From contig NC_052151.1 of assembly GCF_902713615.1 (NCBI RefSeq), positions 94,633,304 to 94,697,303 of the forward strand: DNA of 64,000 bases, read 5' to 3'. Under the pieces are notes generated by a model. That model saw only the letters and a program-made list of their open reading frames with translations, did not search any database and was not told the origin of the DNA. This DNA comes from Scyliorhinus canicula (taxonomy: Eukaryota). Position numbers and translations under genes: made by a program. This document shows, piece by piece, positions 24,448-36,059 of this stretch (positions within the stretch are counted from its first letter, which is position 1; each line of letters begins with the position of its first letter).

Positions 24448-27400
24448 CCACTAGTAACACATTGCATGTATTATGGTATTGCCATGTATTACAGGTACCA
24501 CAGTAAATTCCAGCCTGCTGGCTCCTCCCAGAGCATATAAAGGTAGATGCTCTCCTGCGCTGCTCCCATTCTGGTTCCAGCTGCAGGAGGCACAACATCT
24601 TGTGCAATAAAGCCTCGAATGTTTCACCATTCTCGTCTCGTGGTAATTGATGGTACATCAATTTATTGCACAAGATTTTAAAAGATGGACTTCCTAATCA
24701 AGCCTGATCACCTGCAGCTGAGCCCTCACGCAGCCAATGCCACGCCCACCTTTGACCACTGGCTAGCCTGCTTCGAAGGCTACCTCAGAGCAGCCACTTA
24801 AGAACTCTTGGACCCACAGAAGCTCCAAGTCCTCTATTCACGGGTGAGCCCTGAAATTTTTCCCATCATCCGGGATGTGCCCACCTACACAGAAGCGATG
24901 ACACTACTAAAGGGACATTACGTTAAGTCAGTGAATCAAGTGTATTCCAGGGCACCTCCTGGCCACGAGACGGCACCTCCCAGGGGGACTCTGGACGATT
25001 TCTTGCGGACTCTACAGATTCTCAGTAGGAACTGTGACTGCCCGGCAGTTTCGGCAGTCCAACACAATGAACTATTAATCAGAGACGCTTATGTCACGGA
25101 CATGAAGTCTATGTACGTTCACCAGCGCCTATTGGAAGGGGGTACGCTCAATCTTGCAGAGACTAGGCAGCTTGCTAATTCACTGGAAGTGGCCTCCCGT
25201 AATCTGGAGGCCTACATCTTCGACCACGCGGCACCCTCGTGGGCATTGTGGGCCCCACCAGCTGCCGACTCGAGCTCACCGCAAGCCTGCGCCGCGCAGC
25301 AGCCAACCAACTCCGGAGGGCCCAAATGTTATTTTTGAGGCCAGAGCAAACATCCCAGGCAGCGCTGCCCGGCGCAGAGCGCAACCTGCAATGGGTGCGG
25401 GAAGAAGGGCCACTTTGTTTCCGTTTGCCAGGCCCTGTCGGTCACCGCTGTTTCCAGGCCCGGCATTGCTACACCCCCCCCACGTGTGATCCAGGGGTGC
25501 CGCCATCTTCTCCACCACAAGCCATGTGCGGCCCGTGGGCGCCGCCAATTTCTCCACCACAAGCCACGTGCGGCCCGCGGGTGCCGCCATCTTTGATGCC
25601 GCCCGCCATGTGCACACCGTGGGCACCGCCATCTTAAACCACGCCTCAGGACCCCTGCTCGTCGGGCCGTTCGCTGCCCGCTGATATGTCCGCCACCGCT
25701 GATCAGCCTGGGACCTCCCAACATCTTCCGCAGCTCGCCTCCATCACCCTGGATCAGTCTCGGCTCCACAACCTCGCGACCGCTACGACAATGGTAACGA
25801 TCAACGGGCACGGGACAACCTGCCTCTTTGGCTCCGCGAGCACAGAGAGTTTCATCCACCCTGCTACGGTAAGGCGCTGCTCCCTTCCTGTATTCCACGT
25901 CACCCAGAAAATCTCCCTGGCCTCCGGATCTCATTCCGTGGAAATCTGGGGATACTGTGTCGTGACCCTCACCATTCAGGGCGTAGAATTCAGCAACTTC
26001 AGGCTCTATGTCCTCCCCCATCTCTGCGCAGCCCTGTTAGGAGGTTTTGATTTTCAATGTCACCTCCAAAGCCTTACTTTGAAATTCGGCGGACCCCTGC
26101 CCCACCCCTCATCGTCTGCGGCCTCACAACCCCTTAAGATCGATCCAGCTTCACTGTTTGCAAACCTCACCCCGGACTGCAAGCCCGTCGCCACTAGGAG
26201 CAGACGGTATAGGCGCAGGACAGGGCCTTTATCAAGTCGGAGGTCCAACGGCTTCTGCGGGAGGGGATCATTGAGGCCAGTAACAGCCCCTGGAGAGCTC
26301 AAGTGGTGGTAGTGAAGACTAGGGAGAAGCACAGGATGGTCGTTGACTACAGTCAGACCATCAACAGGTACACGCAGCTTGACACGTACCCCCTCCCACG
26401 CATATCTGACATGGTCAATCAGATTGCACAGTATCAACTCTTTTCCACAGTAGACCTGAAGTCCACCTACCACCAGCTCCCCATCCGCCCGGAGGACAGC
26501 CAATACACTGCCTTCGAAGCAGCTGGCCGCCTCTATCATTTCCTTAGAGTTCCCTTTGGCGTCACCAATGGGGTCTCGGTCTTCCAGCGAGAGATGGATC
26601 GAATGGTTGACCAGTACAGGCTGCCGGCCACCTTCCCATACTTGGATAATGTCACCATCTGCGGCCACGATCAGCAGGACCACGACGCAAACCTCCAAAA
26701 ATTCCTCCATACCGCCAAACTCCTTAACCTCACCTACAATAAGGAGAAATGCGCGTTCCGCTTAACCATCCTTGGCTACGTAGTGGAAAATGGAGTCCTA
26801 GGGCCTGACCCCGACCGCATATGCCCCCTCATGGAACTCCCTCTCCCCCACTGCCTCAAGGCCCTGAAACAATGCCTGGTGTTTTTCTCCTATTACGCCC
26901 AATGGGTCCCTAATTATGCGGACAAGGCCCGCCCACTCATCAAGTCCACAGTTTTTCCCCTGATGGCTGAGGCCCGCCAGGCCTTCAACTACATCAAGGC
27001 GGACATCGCCAAAGCCACGATGCACGCAGTCGACGAGACCCTCCCCTTTCAGGTGGAGTGCGATGCATCAGACGTAGCTCTGGCCGCTACCCTCAACCAT
27101 GGCTTTCTTTTCCCGCACCCTCCATGCCTCCGAAATTCGGCACTCCTCTGTCGAAAAGGAGGCCCAAGCCATTGTGGAAGCTGTGCGACATTGGTGGCAT
27201 TACCTGGCCGGCAGGAGATTCACTCTCCTTACTGACCAACGGTCGGTTGCCTTCATGATCCTCCACCTCAGGATCTTGTCATTTTTGATCTTGCCCCACT
27301 GCATATTGTTAAACATGGAGGCAACCGACCGTAGGTCAGTGAGGAGAATGAATCTCCTGCCTATGAGATCTTGTATCACGCGGGGAAGCTCAAAGAGCCC

Positions 27401-28848
27401 CCTGATGCCCTATCCCGCGGTACATGTGCCAGCGCACAAGTGGACCGACTCCGGGCTCTCCCCATGCCTCTGCCACCCAGGAGTCACCCGGTTCTTCCAT
27501 TTTGTCAAGACCCGCAACCTGCCCTCCTCCACTGAGGTGGTCAGGACCGTAACCAGAGACTGCCAAGTCTGCGCAGAGTGTAAGCCGCACTTCTACCGGC
27601 CAGATAGAGTGCACCTGGTGAAGGCTTCCCGCCCCTTTGAGCGTCTCAGCATGGACTTCAAAAGGGCCCCTCCCCTCCACCGACTGCAATGTGTACTTCC
27701 TCAACTCATCACTTGATGAGTATTCCCGGTTCCCTTTCGCCGACCCCTGCCCCGACATGACTTCTGCCACGATCATCAAAGCCCTGCACTGCATCTTCAC
27801 TCTGTTCGGTTTCCCCACCTACATTCACAGCGATCGAGGATCCTCCTTCATGAGTGATGAGCAGCATCAGTTCCTGCTCAGTAAGGGCATCTCCTCGAGC
27901 AGGACGACCAGCTACAACCCCCGGGGAAATGGGCAGGTGGAGGGGGAGAACGGGACAGTCTGGAAGGCCGTCCTGCTGGCCCTTCCGTCTAGAAACCTCC
28001 CGGTCTCCCGCAGGCAGGAGGTCCTTCCCGACGTGCTCCACTCCATCCGGCCGCTCCTGTGCACCGCGACTAATGAGACCCCTCACGAACGTGTGCTTGC
28101 CTTCCCCAGGAAGTCCACCTCTGGGGTCTCACTCCCAAAATGGCTGACAGTTCCTGGACCCGACCTCCTCCGGAAGCATGTGCATAGCCATAAATCGGAT
28201 CCCTTGGTTGAGAATGTCCACCTCCTCCATGCGAACCCGCAGTACGCCTACGTGGCACACCCCATCAGGCGACAGGACACAGTCTCCCTCCGGGACCTGG
28301 CACCCGCTGGGTCCCCACCTACAACCCCCGACCTAATACCGCTCTCCCCCCCCAGTTGCTTCATTCACCCCTGCACCACCCACCCTCCCAGCAGCGGACC
28401 TCACCACAGCCCCCACCCCATCAGGATCCGTCCCCTCACTGGATCCACTAAGGGGTGACGAAGATGAGGACAACACGCTCCCGGAGTCACAGGTGACCAC
28501 GTCGGCGCCCACATCACCACCAGGACTGAGGCGATCACAGCGGAGGGTCAGAGCCACCGACGGACTCAATCTGTAATGTTTTCTTCAGCCTCGTCGGACT
28601 CTTTAAACAGGGGGTGAATGTGGTAAACACCACTAGTAACACATTGCATGTATTACGGAACTGCCCATGTATTACAGGTACCACAGTAAATCCCAGCCTG
28701 CTGGCTCCTCCCAGCAGGTGGCGTATAAAAGTGTATGCTCTCCTGCACTGCTCCCATTCTGCTTCCAGCTGCAGCAGGCACAACATCTTGTTCAATAAAG
28801 CCTCGATTGTTTCACCATTCTCGTCTCGTGGTAATTAACGGTACATCA
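24448..28848 (+). mobile_element. Ty3/Gypsy LTR retrotransposon A (decayed provirus)
   Basis: 5' LTR 24448-24660 (5'-clipped), 3' LTR 28619-28848 (TGT..CA), PPT aaacagggggtgaa, gag-PR-RT-RH-IN order. Confidence 0.95.
24685..28576 (+). pseudogene. Gypsy A gag-pol, multiple stops/frameshifts
   Basis: ATG 24685; zinc knuckles ~25327-25430; protease region LFGSASTESF; RT VDLKS, PFG, YLDN; RNase H ECDAS; integrase HPG..CQVC, HSDRG, GQVE. Confidence 0.92.
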
Positions 28849-29960
28849 GTACCTGTCCACCATAACCTTCTCAAAGACAATTAGGGATGGGCAATAAATG
28901 CTGGCCTAGCCAGCAATGTCCACATTCCGTCTCCTCCCCCTCCAATGGGCAAGGTCCCTCCCCCCCAGGGCCAAAAGCCTGGCAGTGTTAACCTGGCACT
29001 TGGTACAGACATTGCCAGCCTGTCACCCTGGCAGTGCCATCCCATACCAGGGAGGTACAGCTCGGGTGGTGCCAGAGTGCCCAGAGGTGTGCCAGGTTAC
29101 TACCCTGCCCTGTCTGACCACCCGGGGGTCTCTAATGGACTGAGACCCCCGAGGTGTCGCCCATGTTTGTGTAGACCAGTACTTGCCCTGGAACATTCTC
29201 GCAGGAATGGCCATCGACTCCCAGGCACCAGGAGAATCCTCCTGGCTCATTTAAATATGCTGGTCATATCGCACCTACTGGAGCCTGATTTGGGTCTCCC
29301 TCGGGATTCACTTGGCACGCCCAGATCCAGACTGGGGGCAACCCAATCGTTGAATCAAGCCCTTAATCTTGATTCATAAAATGTTGCAAATCGCAACTGA
29401 CAGTGATGATGCCATTTCTACTTAATTCCTCATGTTATCGCATTGTGATTATGTTCCTGGCCTAGTAATCCTGAGGCCTGGAGTAAAGATTCAGAGACAC
29501 GAGTTAAATCGCACCCTGACAGTTGAGGAATTTAAATTCTAATCGATTAAATAAGCTTGAAATAAAAAGATGGCATCAATAATGGCTTTAATGAAACCAG
29601 ATTGCAGTAAAAATCTATCTGGACCAATTATTTCCTTTAGAGTAGGAAGTCTGCCATCCTTATTCAGTTAGGTCAATCTGTGACTACAGACCCAGAGAGA
29701 TATGGTTGACTCTGAACTGCCCTTGGAATTGGCCGTCTAAATCATTCAGTTATATTCATGTTGGTGGCTCAACACTACCTCAAGGGCCATTATAGATCAA
29801 CTAAATTCTGACCTTACCAATGATGCTATGTCCTGCAAATTAATAAATAAAACCCACAGAAATATCACTCAGTAGGATATTGAGTTTTTGATCAGATCTC
29901 ATGAAATTCACTACTTTGTCTTTTAAGTCGATGGGTAAGATTCTTCATTTGGGAGACTAT

Positions 29961-30616
29961 GGGCTGGATTCTCCATTATTGAAGCATCGGGTCTTATGAC
30001 CGAAATGTTGGTGCCGCCCCCGCACCAATGCTCTGCCCAGTGGGGGCCAGCCAGCCGTGCCACGTAAAACCCCCAGCTTTACCTGCAGATACGGACGGAG
30101 AATGGTGGGGTCCATGGCTGCGCATGCACACAGCGGCGACCTGCAGTGGCCACGCTATACAACACGGCGCCATCTGTGCGCGGACCGGGCCTGCCAGATA
30201 GTGCCTCCCTGTAATCCACATTACCAGCCCCGGTCTGCCCCCCTAGAATCCACCTTACCAGCCCTGAACCACTCCCACCAGTCCCCCCGGCGAAGCCCGT
30301 TCTGCCAGTGGAACGGCTCCCCTCCACCCCCGCGACTGTGACAGCACTGGGCACAGTCCGCAGCCGCCACGCAAGGTGCCCAGAAATTGAGAGGACACGC
30401 GACCGACGTCGTCGGGAAGTGGGCCCATCGAGGGGGGGCGGAGCATCAGGGAAGGGCTTCGGGTGATATCCTGAGGCAGTCCCAAAGGCGCGTACGCCAT
30501 TTTTGAGGGGCGGAGCATCCGAAATACGGCAACGGCCCCCGACTTTGGCGTAAAAACGGATTCTCCGGCCAATGGCTGAACACGATTTTGGCATTGGCAA
30601 TCGGAGAATCCAGCCC
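29961..30616. mobile_element. Harbinger-type MITE
   Basis: Perfect 14-bp TIRs GGGCTGGATTCTCC / GGAGAATCCAGCCC, 3-bp TSD TAT; nested in an older related element (~29933-31420). Confidence 0.88.
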
Positions 30617-30809
30617 TATGTTCTCCTGCCAGAGAAGAACTGCAACCTTGGGAGTGCAAATTGGGAAGTAATTCCGTTTAACTTGACATGCAAATCAATA
30701 CAAGGCGAGGAGTATGAGATTTCTGAGGGAATCCTGCTATTGGGTCACCCACTCGAAATGGCGGCCCAGTAGTGAAGTCCCACCGCCAACCATCCCCCGT
30801 CTGCACTAC

Positions 30810-31140
30810 AAAGCTGAACCCCCTTAATAGGGAGACCCTCAGAGAAGCTCTTAATAGGGAGTCACCCTGGGATCCCCTTCATGGGAGACCCCCCTGGGAC
30901 CCCATGAATTGAGAGGCCCCCAGACAGATCTTTTTTAAGGAGACCTCCCCAGGGACGCCTTTTATAGAGACCCCCCCACAGGGAACCCCTTAATAGAGCC
31001 ACCCTCCTCCCCCCCCCCCCCCTCCCCCAGGAACTCCATGAATATGGAGACCCCCCAGGGACTCCTTGAATTAAAAGCCCACAGGGAACTCCTAACTGAA
31101 GGAACACCCCACAGGTACCCCTAACTAGAGAGACCACTTG
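30810..31140. repeat. Degenerate tandem repeat (aatagggagacccc-like units)
   Basis: Recurrent gggagaccc / taatag motifs at roughly 30-40 bp spacing. Confidence 0.55.
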
Positions 31141-31499
31141 ACTAGATGGGGGGGGGGGGGGGGGGGGCTAGAAAAGAAACCCTGTCTGGCTAAAGAGCAG
31201 TCCTTATGGGGGAAGTGAAAGAAATACAGCTATAACTGTGCCTGGGGGCTCCATGTCTCCATTCCCCTTGAAGGAGAACAGCTGTGTCCTGTGTTTCAAC
31301 TCCTCAGATCCATTCGCTGTAAGCCATTCATTCCTTTCTAGTAGTGGGTTGTGATTGACAACTTCCACAAACCAGCTGTAGCCTTAATTCATTCATCTCC
31401 CTTCATGGATGAGTGGCTCTCAGTGCTTATATCCCAATGTTTACAAACATCAACCACATCAAAGAGCAGTAAGTGCATTGAATCACATGCTTCAGAATC

Positions 31500-32250
31500 T
31501 AACAAATGCCATGATGTTCAACAGTAAAACTATTGCGGAATCCCCCACCAACAATATCCTGAGGCTTACCATTGACCAGAAACACAACAGGACCAATCAT
31601 GTCATTACTATAGCTACAAGAATGGATCAGGGACTGGGAAATCTGCACTGAATGACTCACCTCCTGCCACAACAAAATCTAACCACCATTTACAAGACAC
31701 AAGTTGGGGGTGTGATGGAACACTCTCCACTTGCCTGGATGAGTGCAGCTCCTACAACACTTAAGAAAATTAATACCATCCAAGACAATTGAGTAGCCCA
31801 CTTGAGTGGTACCCAATCTACCACCTTAAATAAACTGCAATGTGCAGCACTGTCTACAAGATGCACTGCAAGAATTTTCTACATGTCCTTCCACAGCACT
31901 TGCCAAAGCTCCAACATCTACCACCTGGAAGGACAAGGGTACTCTACCATCTGCAAGTTCTCCTATTGGAAATTTAATTGTCGTTTCTTCACTGTTACTG
32001 GGTCAAAATGCTGGAACTCCCGTACCAGCCTCCCCGGACAGGTGCCGGAATGTGGCGACTAGGGGCTTTTCACAGTAACTTTATTGAAGCCTACTCATGA
32101 CAATAAGCGATTTTCATTTCCTAACCACCGTATGGGTGCACCTATACCATATGGACTGCAGAGTTCAATATGATGGCTCACTGCTACCTTCTGAAGGGCA
32201 ATTAGGGTTGAGCAACAAATGCTGGTCTTGCGAATGACTGCCAGAACTCA
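31500..32250 (+). mobile_element. Old LINE 3' fragment with short SINE tail insertion (~32025-32120)
   Basis: gtgatggaacactctccacttgcctggatgagtgcagct; tail gggcaattaggg...aaatgctgg. Confidence 0.65.
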
Positions 32251-32667
32251 GTAATGTACTTTTAAAAATCCTTTACCATTCAGTTGCACTTTCAACTCCT
32301 AAGTAATATTTTCTGCCTGGATTTTGCAATCAGTAATGAAGCAAGATGCTCAAGGAATGGCCTCAAGGAATGCTGCCAACAAACATATAGTGAATCTGTG
32401 GCAGTAATTGCCCTTTCCCCACAGCCGTTTAGATCTAGCATCAAATCAAGATGATGTCTTCATGTGCAGAAGCAGAAATGTAAGTTAGCAATGAGACAAC
32501 CTAACAATTGTTCACCCACACGAAACCTGAAAATTAAAAGCACTTAACATCGTTCATTTTAATTTAAAAAATAAGAAGGTAAGCTGAAGCTAAAACTACA
32601 TTAACATTGAAGCTAAAACAAAGATACACTTTTTAAAATAGAAAATAAATGTGCTTTTTAAAAATTC

Positions 32668-33460
32668 ATTTACAGGATGTGGATGTTGCTGAATAGGTCA
32701 GCACATATTGCCCATCTCTAGTTTTCCTTCAGAAAGTGGTGGTGAGTTGCCTTCTTGAATCCCTGCAGTATTTGAGGTGTAGGTACACCCACTGTGTTGT
32801 GAGGGAGGGAGTTCCAGGATATTGCCCCAGCGACAGTGAAAGAACGGCGATATATTTCCAAGTCAGGGTGGTGAGTGGCTTTGAGGGGAACCTCCAGGTG
32901 GTGGAGTTCCCAGATATCTGCCGCTCTTGTTCTTCTAGATGGTAGTGGTCGTGGGTTTAGGTGGTGTTGTCTAAGGAACCTTGGTGAGTTACTGCAACAT
33001 CTACAAGGTGCACTCCAGATACCTGATAACCCCACCACCTGAGGCTGCCACTGTTCGTCAGTGGTGGAGGGTTTGAATGTTTGTGGAAGGGGGGGCAATC
33101 AAACAGGCTGCTTTGTCCCGGATGGTGTTGAGCTTATTGAGTGTTGTTGGAGCTGCACTCATCCAGGCAAGTGGAGAGTATTCCATTACATTCCTGACTT
33201 GTACATTGTAGATGCTGGGCAGGCTTAGTTCGAGCTCCTTGATGCCATACAAGGCCAAATGCTGCCTTGATGTCAAGGGCAGTCACTCTCACCTCACCCC
33301 TGGCATTTAGCTCTTTTGTTCATGTGTGAACCAAGGCTGTGATGAGGTCAGGAGTTGAGTGACTCTTGCGGAACCCAAACTGAACCTCCGTGAGCAGGTT
33401 ATTGCTGAGTAAATGCAGCTTGATAGCGCTGCTGATGACTCCTTCCATCACTTTGCTGAT
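32668..33460 (-). mobile_element. Old LINE 3' fragment (same family)
   Basis: ORF 33058-33276 QVRNVMEYSPLAWMSAAPTTLNKLNTI. Confidence 0.7.
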
Positions 33461-34383
33461 AAAAATATATATGATTTTTAGTCATTGTCGAGAAATTTGA
33501 CATCCCACAAATATATTCATTCAACAAGGTGTAACTTTTTAGGGTACTTACAGGAAGACTAACAGCTCTCATCAATTCACAATTGCAAGAGAGATGAGAA
33601 TCTGTGTGCATCATCTGGAGGAACGTAGATTCACTGACTATAACTTCTGGGTTTCCACATTATTCTGCACAAGTTTGAATTCCTCAAGTTGCTGTCAGTT
33701 TCAGTAGAGTAATGCTGGTGGGCACTGACCGTTTTGCTGTCATTATCACAGTAAAATTCAGGCCCCTACATGGAATCACATAATCATTACAGCACAGAAG
33801 GCCATTCGACACTCATAAGGAATGATCCACATACTTCCACTCCCCTATCCTCTCCCCACATCCCTGCATGACTAAACTTAAGGGAATATACCAACTTTAT
33901 ATATCCTGTCCTCATAATGTAACCATTTAATCCTCCATATGCCATAGCGAAGCTGCGTGGCCTTCTGTCCAGTTTCCCAGAATTGTTTTGAGATGTAAAA
34001 AAGCATGATAACTTTTCCTGGCTCGAGGAAATAATTGTCGAGCACAGCTAAGTGTGATTTCTTGCAATGGCAAGTTGTGGAAGGGAGAAGCATTCAGAAT
34101 GGTTTACATTTTCTCAAATAACATTTTGGCTCAAAACCTTGCCCTAGTTTCTATGCTATTTCGGCTGGAGCAAAGTTAGTTACTTTGAGCTTTCTGTTGA
34201 AATAATAGCAAGAACCTAGATAGCATAAACTATTTTGAAGGCAAATTGTGTATGCCCGTGTGCATGCTTACTTAAAGAATGAAAAGTCAAAGGATTCTGC
34301 TAAGATTCGCCAACAGGTTGCGAACTGTGGCCACCAAATTTGATCCAATGGAAGATACCAACTAATAACAATAATATGTTAAT

Positions 34384-34850
34384 ACATAAGAACATAAGAA
34401 CTAAGAGCAGGAGTAGGCCATCTGGCCCCTCGAGCCTGCTCCGCCATTCAATGAGATCATGGCTGATCTTTTGTGGACTCAGCTCCACTTTCCGGCCCGA
34501 ACACCATAACCCTTAATCCCTTTATTCTTCAAAAAACTATCTTTACTTTAAAAACATTTAATGAAGGAGCCTCAACTGATTCACTGGGCAAGGAATTCCA
34601 TAGATTCACAACCCTTTGGGTGAAGACGTTCCTCCTAAACTCAGTCCTAAATCTACTTCCCCTTATTTTGAGGCTATGCCCCCTAGTTCTGCTTTCACAC
34701 GCCAGTGGAAACAACCTGCCCGCATCTATCCTATCTATTCCCTTCATAACTTTATATGTTTCGATAAGATCCCCCCTCATCTTTCTAAATTCCAATGAGT
34801 ACAGTCCCAGTCTACTCAACCTCTCCTCGTAATCCAACCCCTTCAGCTCT
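34384..34850 (-). mobile_element. CR1 3' fragment
   Basis: ORF 34529-34909 YEERLSRLGLYSLEFR..FTQRVVNLWNSLP; (TTCTTATG)n tail. Confidence 0.88.
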
Positions 34851-36059
34851 GGGCTCTGGGATAGACTACTCCTATACAGCCAAGTTAAGCTTTTTATTGT
34901 CTTTAACACTAAATGCCAGTTATGCTGGTCCTTTTGTCAAGGTGTTTAGCTTCAAAGTATTCTTTCTCTATATTGTTACGGCTGATGAGCTAGGAGCAGC
35001 TGCAGGTCTTGATGAGAATCTGATTTATCATACAATTTAACCTTGGCATTAAATTTATTTTGCAAGAATAAATGGCCCTGAAAAAATGTAATTTGAATTG
35101 TACATCCCATCTGTCTTGCGCTTCTAATGTATTTTGCCTTTCATGTTCCTTCTTCAATCTGTTGACAGATTCCACAGGCTGAAAAATCAAGGTCGAGTCC
35201 AACACAACAAAGGTTTCAGGCAGTTACAGAATTTCAAGGACATCTGAAGCAACCTGAGCAACGTGAGGGAATTGATACTTGTAAATTTGATTTGTATACT
35301 GTTGAGCCATATCCTTGCTCAAAACAGAAACTGAACTGAAAAAGCAGTAAAGGTAAACCTAGAAATGAAACAGAATTTCCCAGTCTCTAAGGAAATCAAA
35401 AAACAAACTGGGATTGGGAAATCCAAACTAAACCCTTTTTGAAAAATGTAAAAGGACACAGATCAGTCCAAGCAGCAATAGAAGTTGTGGGAATCCACTG
35501 ATGCAGCACAAGCAAGCTGAAGAACACTGAAGACCGTCCAGATCCAGAAGCTGAAAATAAGTTTCTGCAGCTGTTTCTGTTACTGAAAGATAACATTGAA
35601 TGGGTCCATCCCACCCAGACCAAGTTGAGCAAATTGCAGACGTGTGCCATTTGTTGTTAAGATTGTGCCTATATGTAACTGGTTGGCTATGCACTGCTGT
35701 CAGTTGGAGGATCAGCTGATAGCTCTGAGGAGAGATGAAATTCCTTGTGAGGAAGACAGTTTGAAAGACTTTGTGACTGAGTGCAATTACTGAAATTTGA
35801 GCCAGTTCGCAAGATTTGATTTAGTTGTATCTGCCATTGACTGTGCAATTTATAGTTTATACATGCTGGGTCCTGGAATTGTACTGAAACTTTCTGCAAT
35901 TGCCTGTTGAAGATGGTGTTTTGGACCATAACAAACATGGCCAAATCATAAGGGGATGAGGTAGGACGAAAGCAGGGAAATCCTCATTGTGGGAATCCTA
36001 AACCCTGGGAATATAATAACAACTGGCCTATACTCAACAGAGGTACATCATATCAGACC

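Noticed and set aside
34860-35950. Several short ORFs in apparently unique DNA
   Set aside because: Stops in all frames, no recognisable motif or paired splice sites
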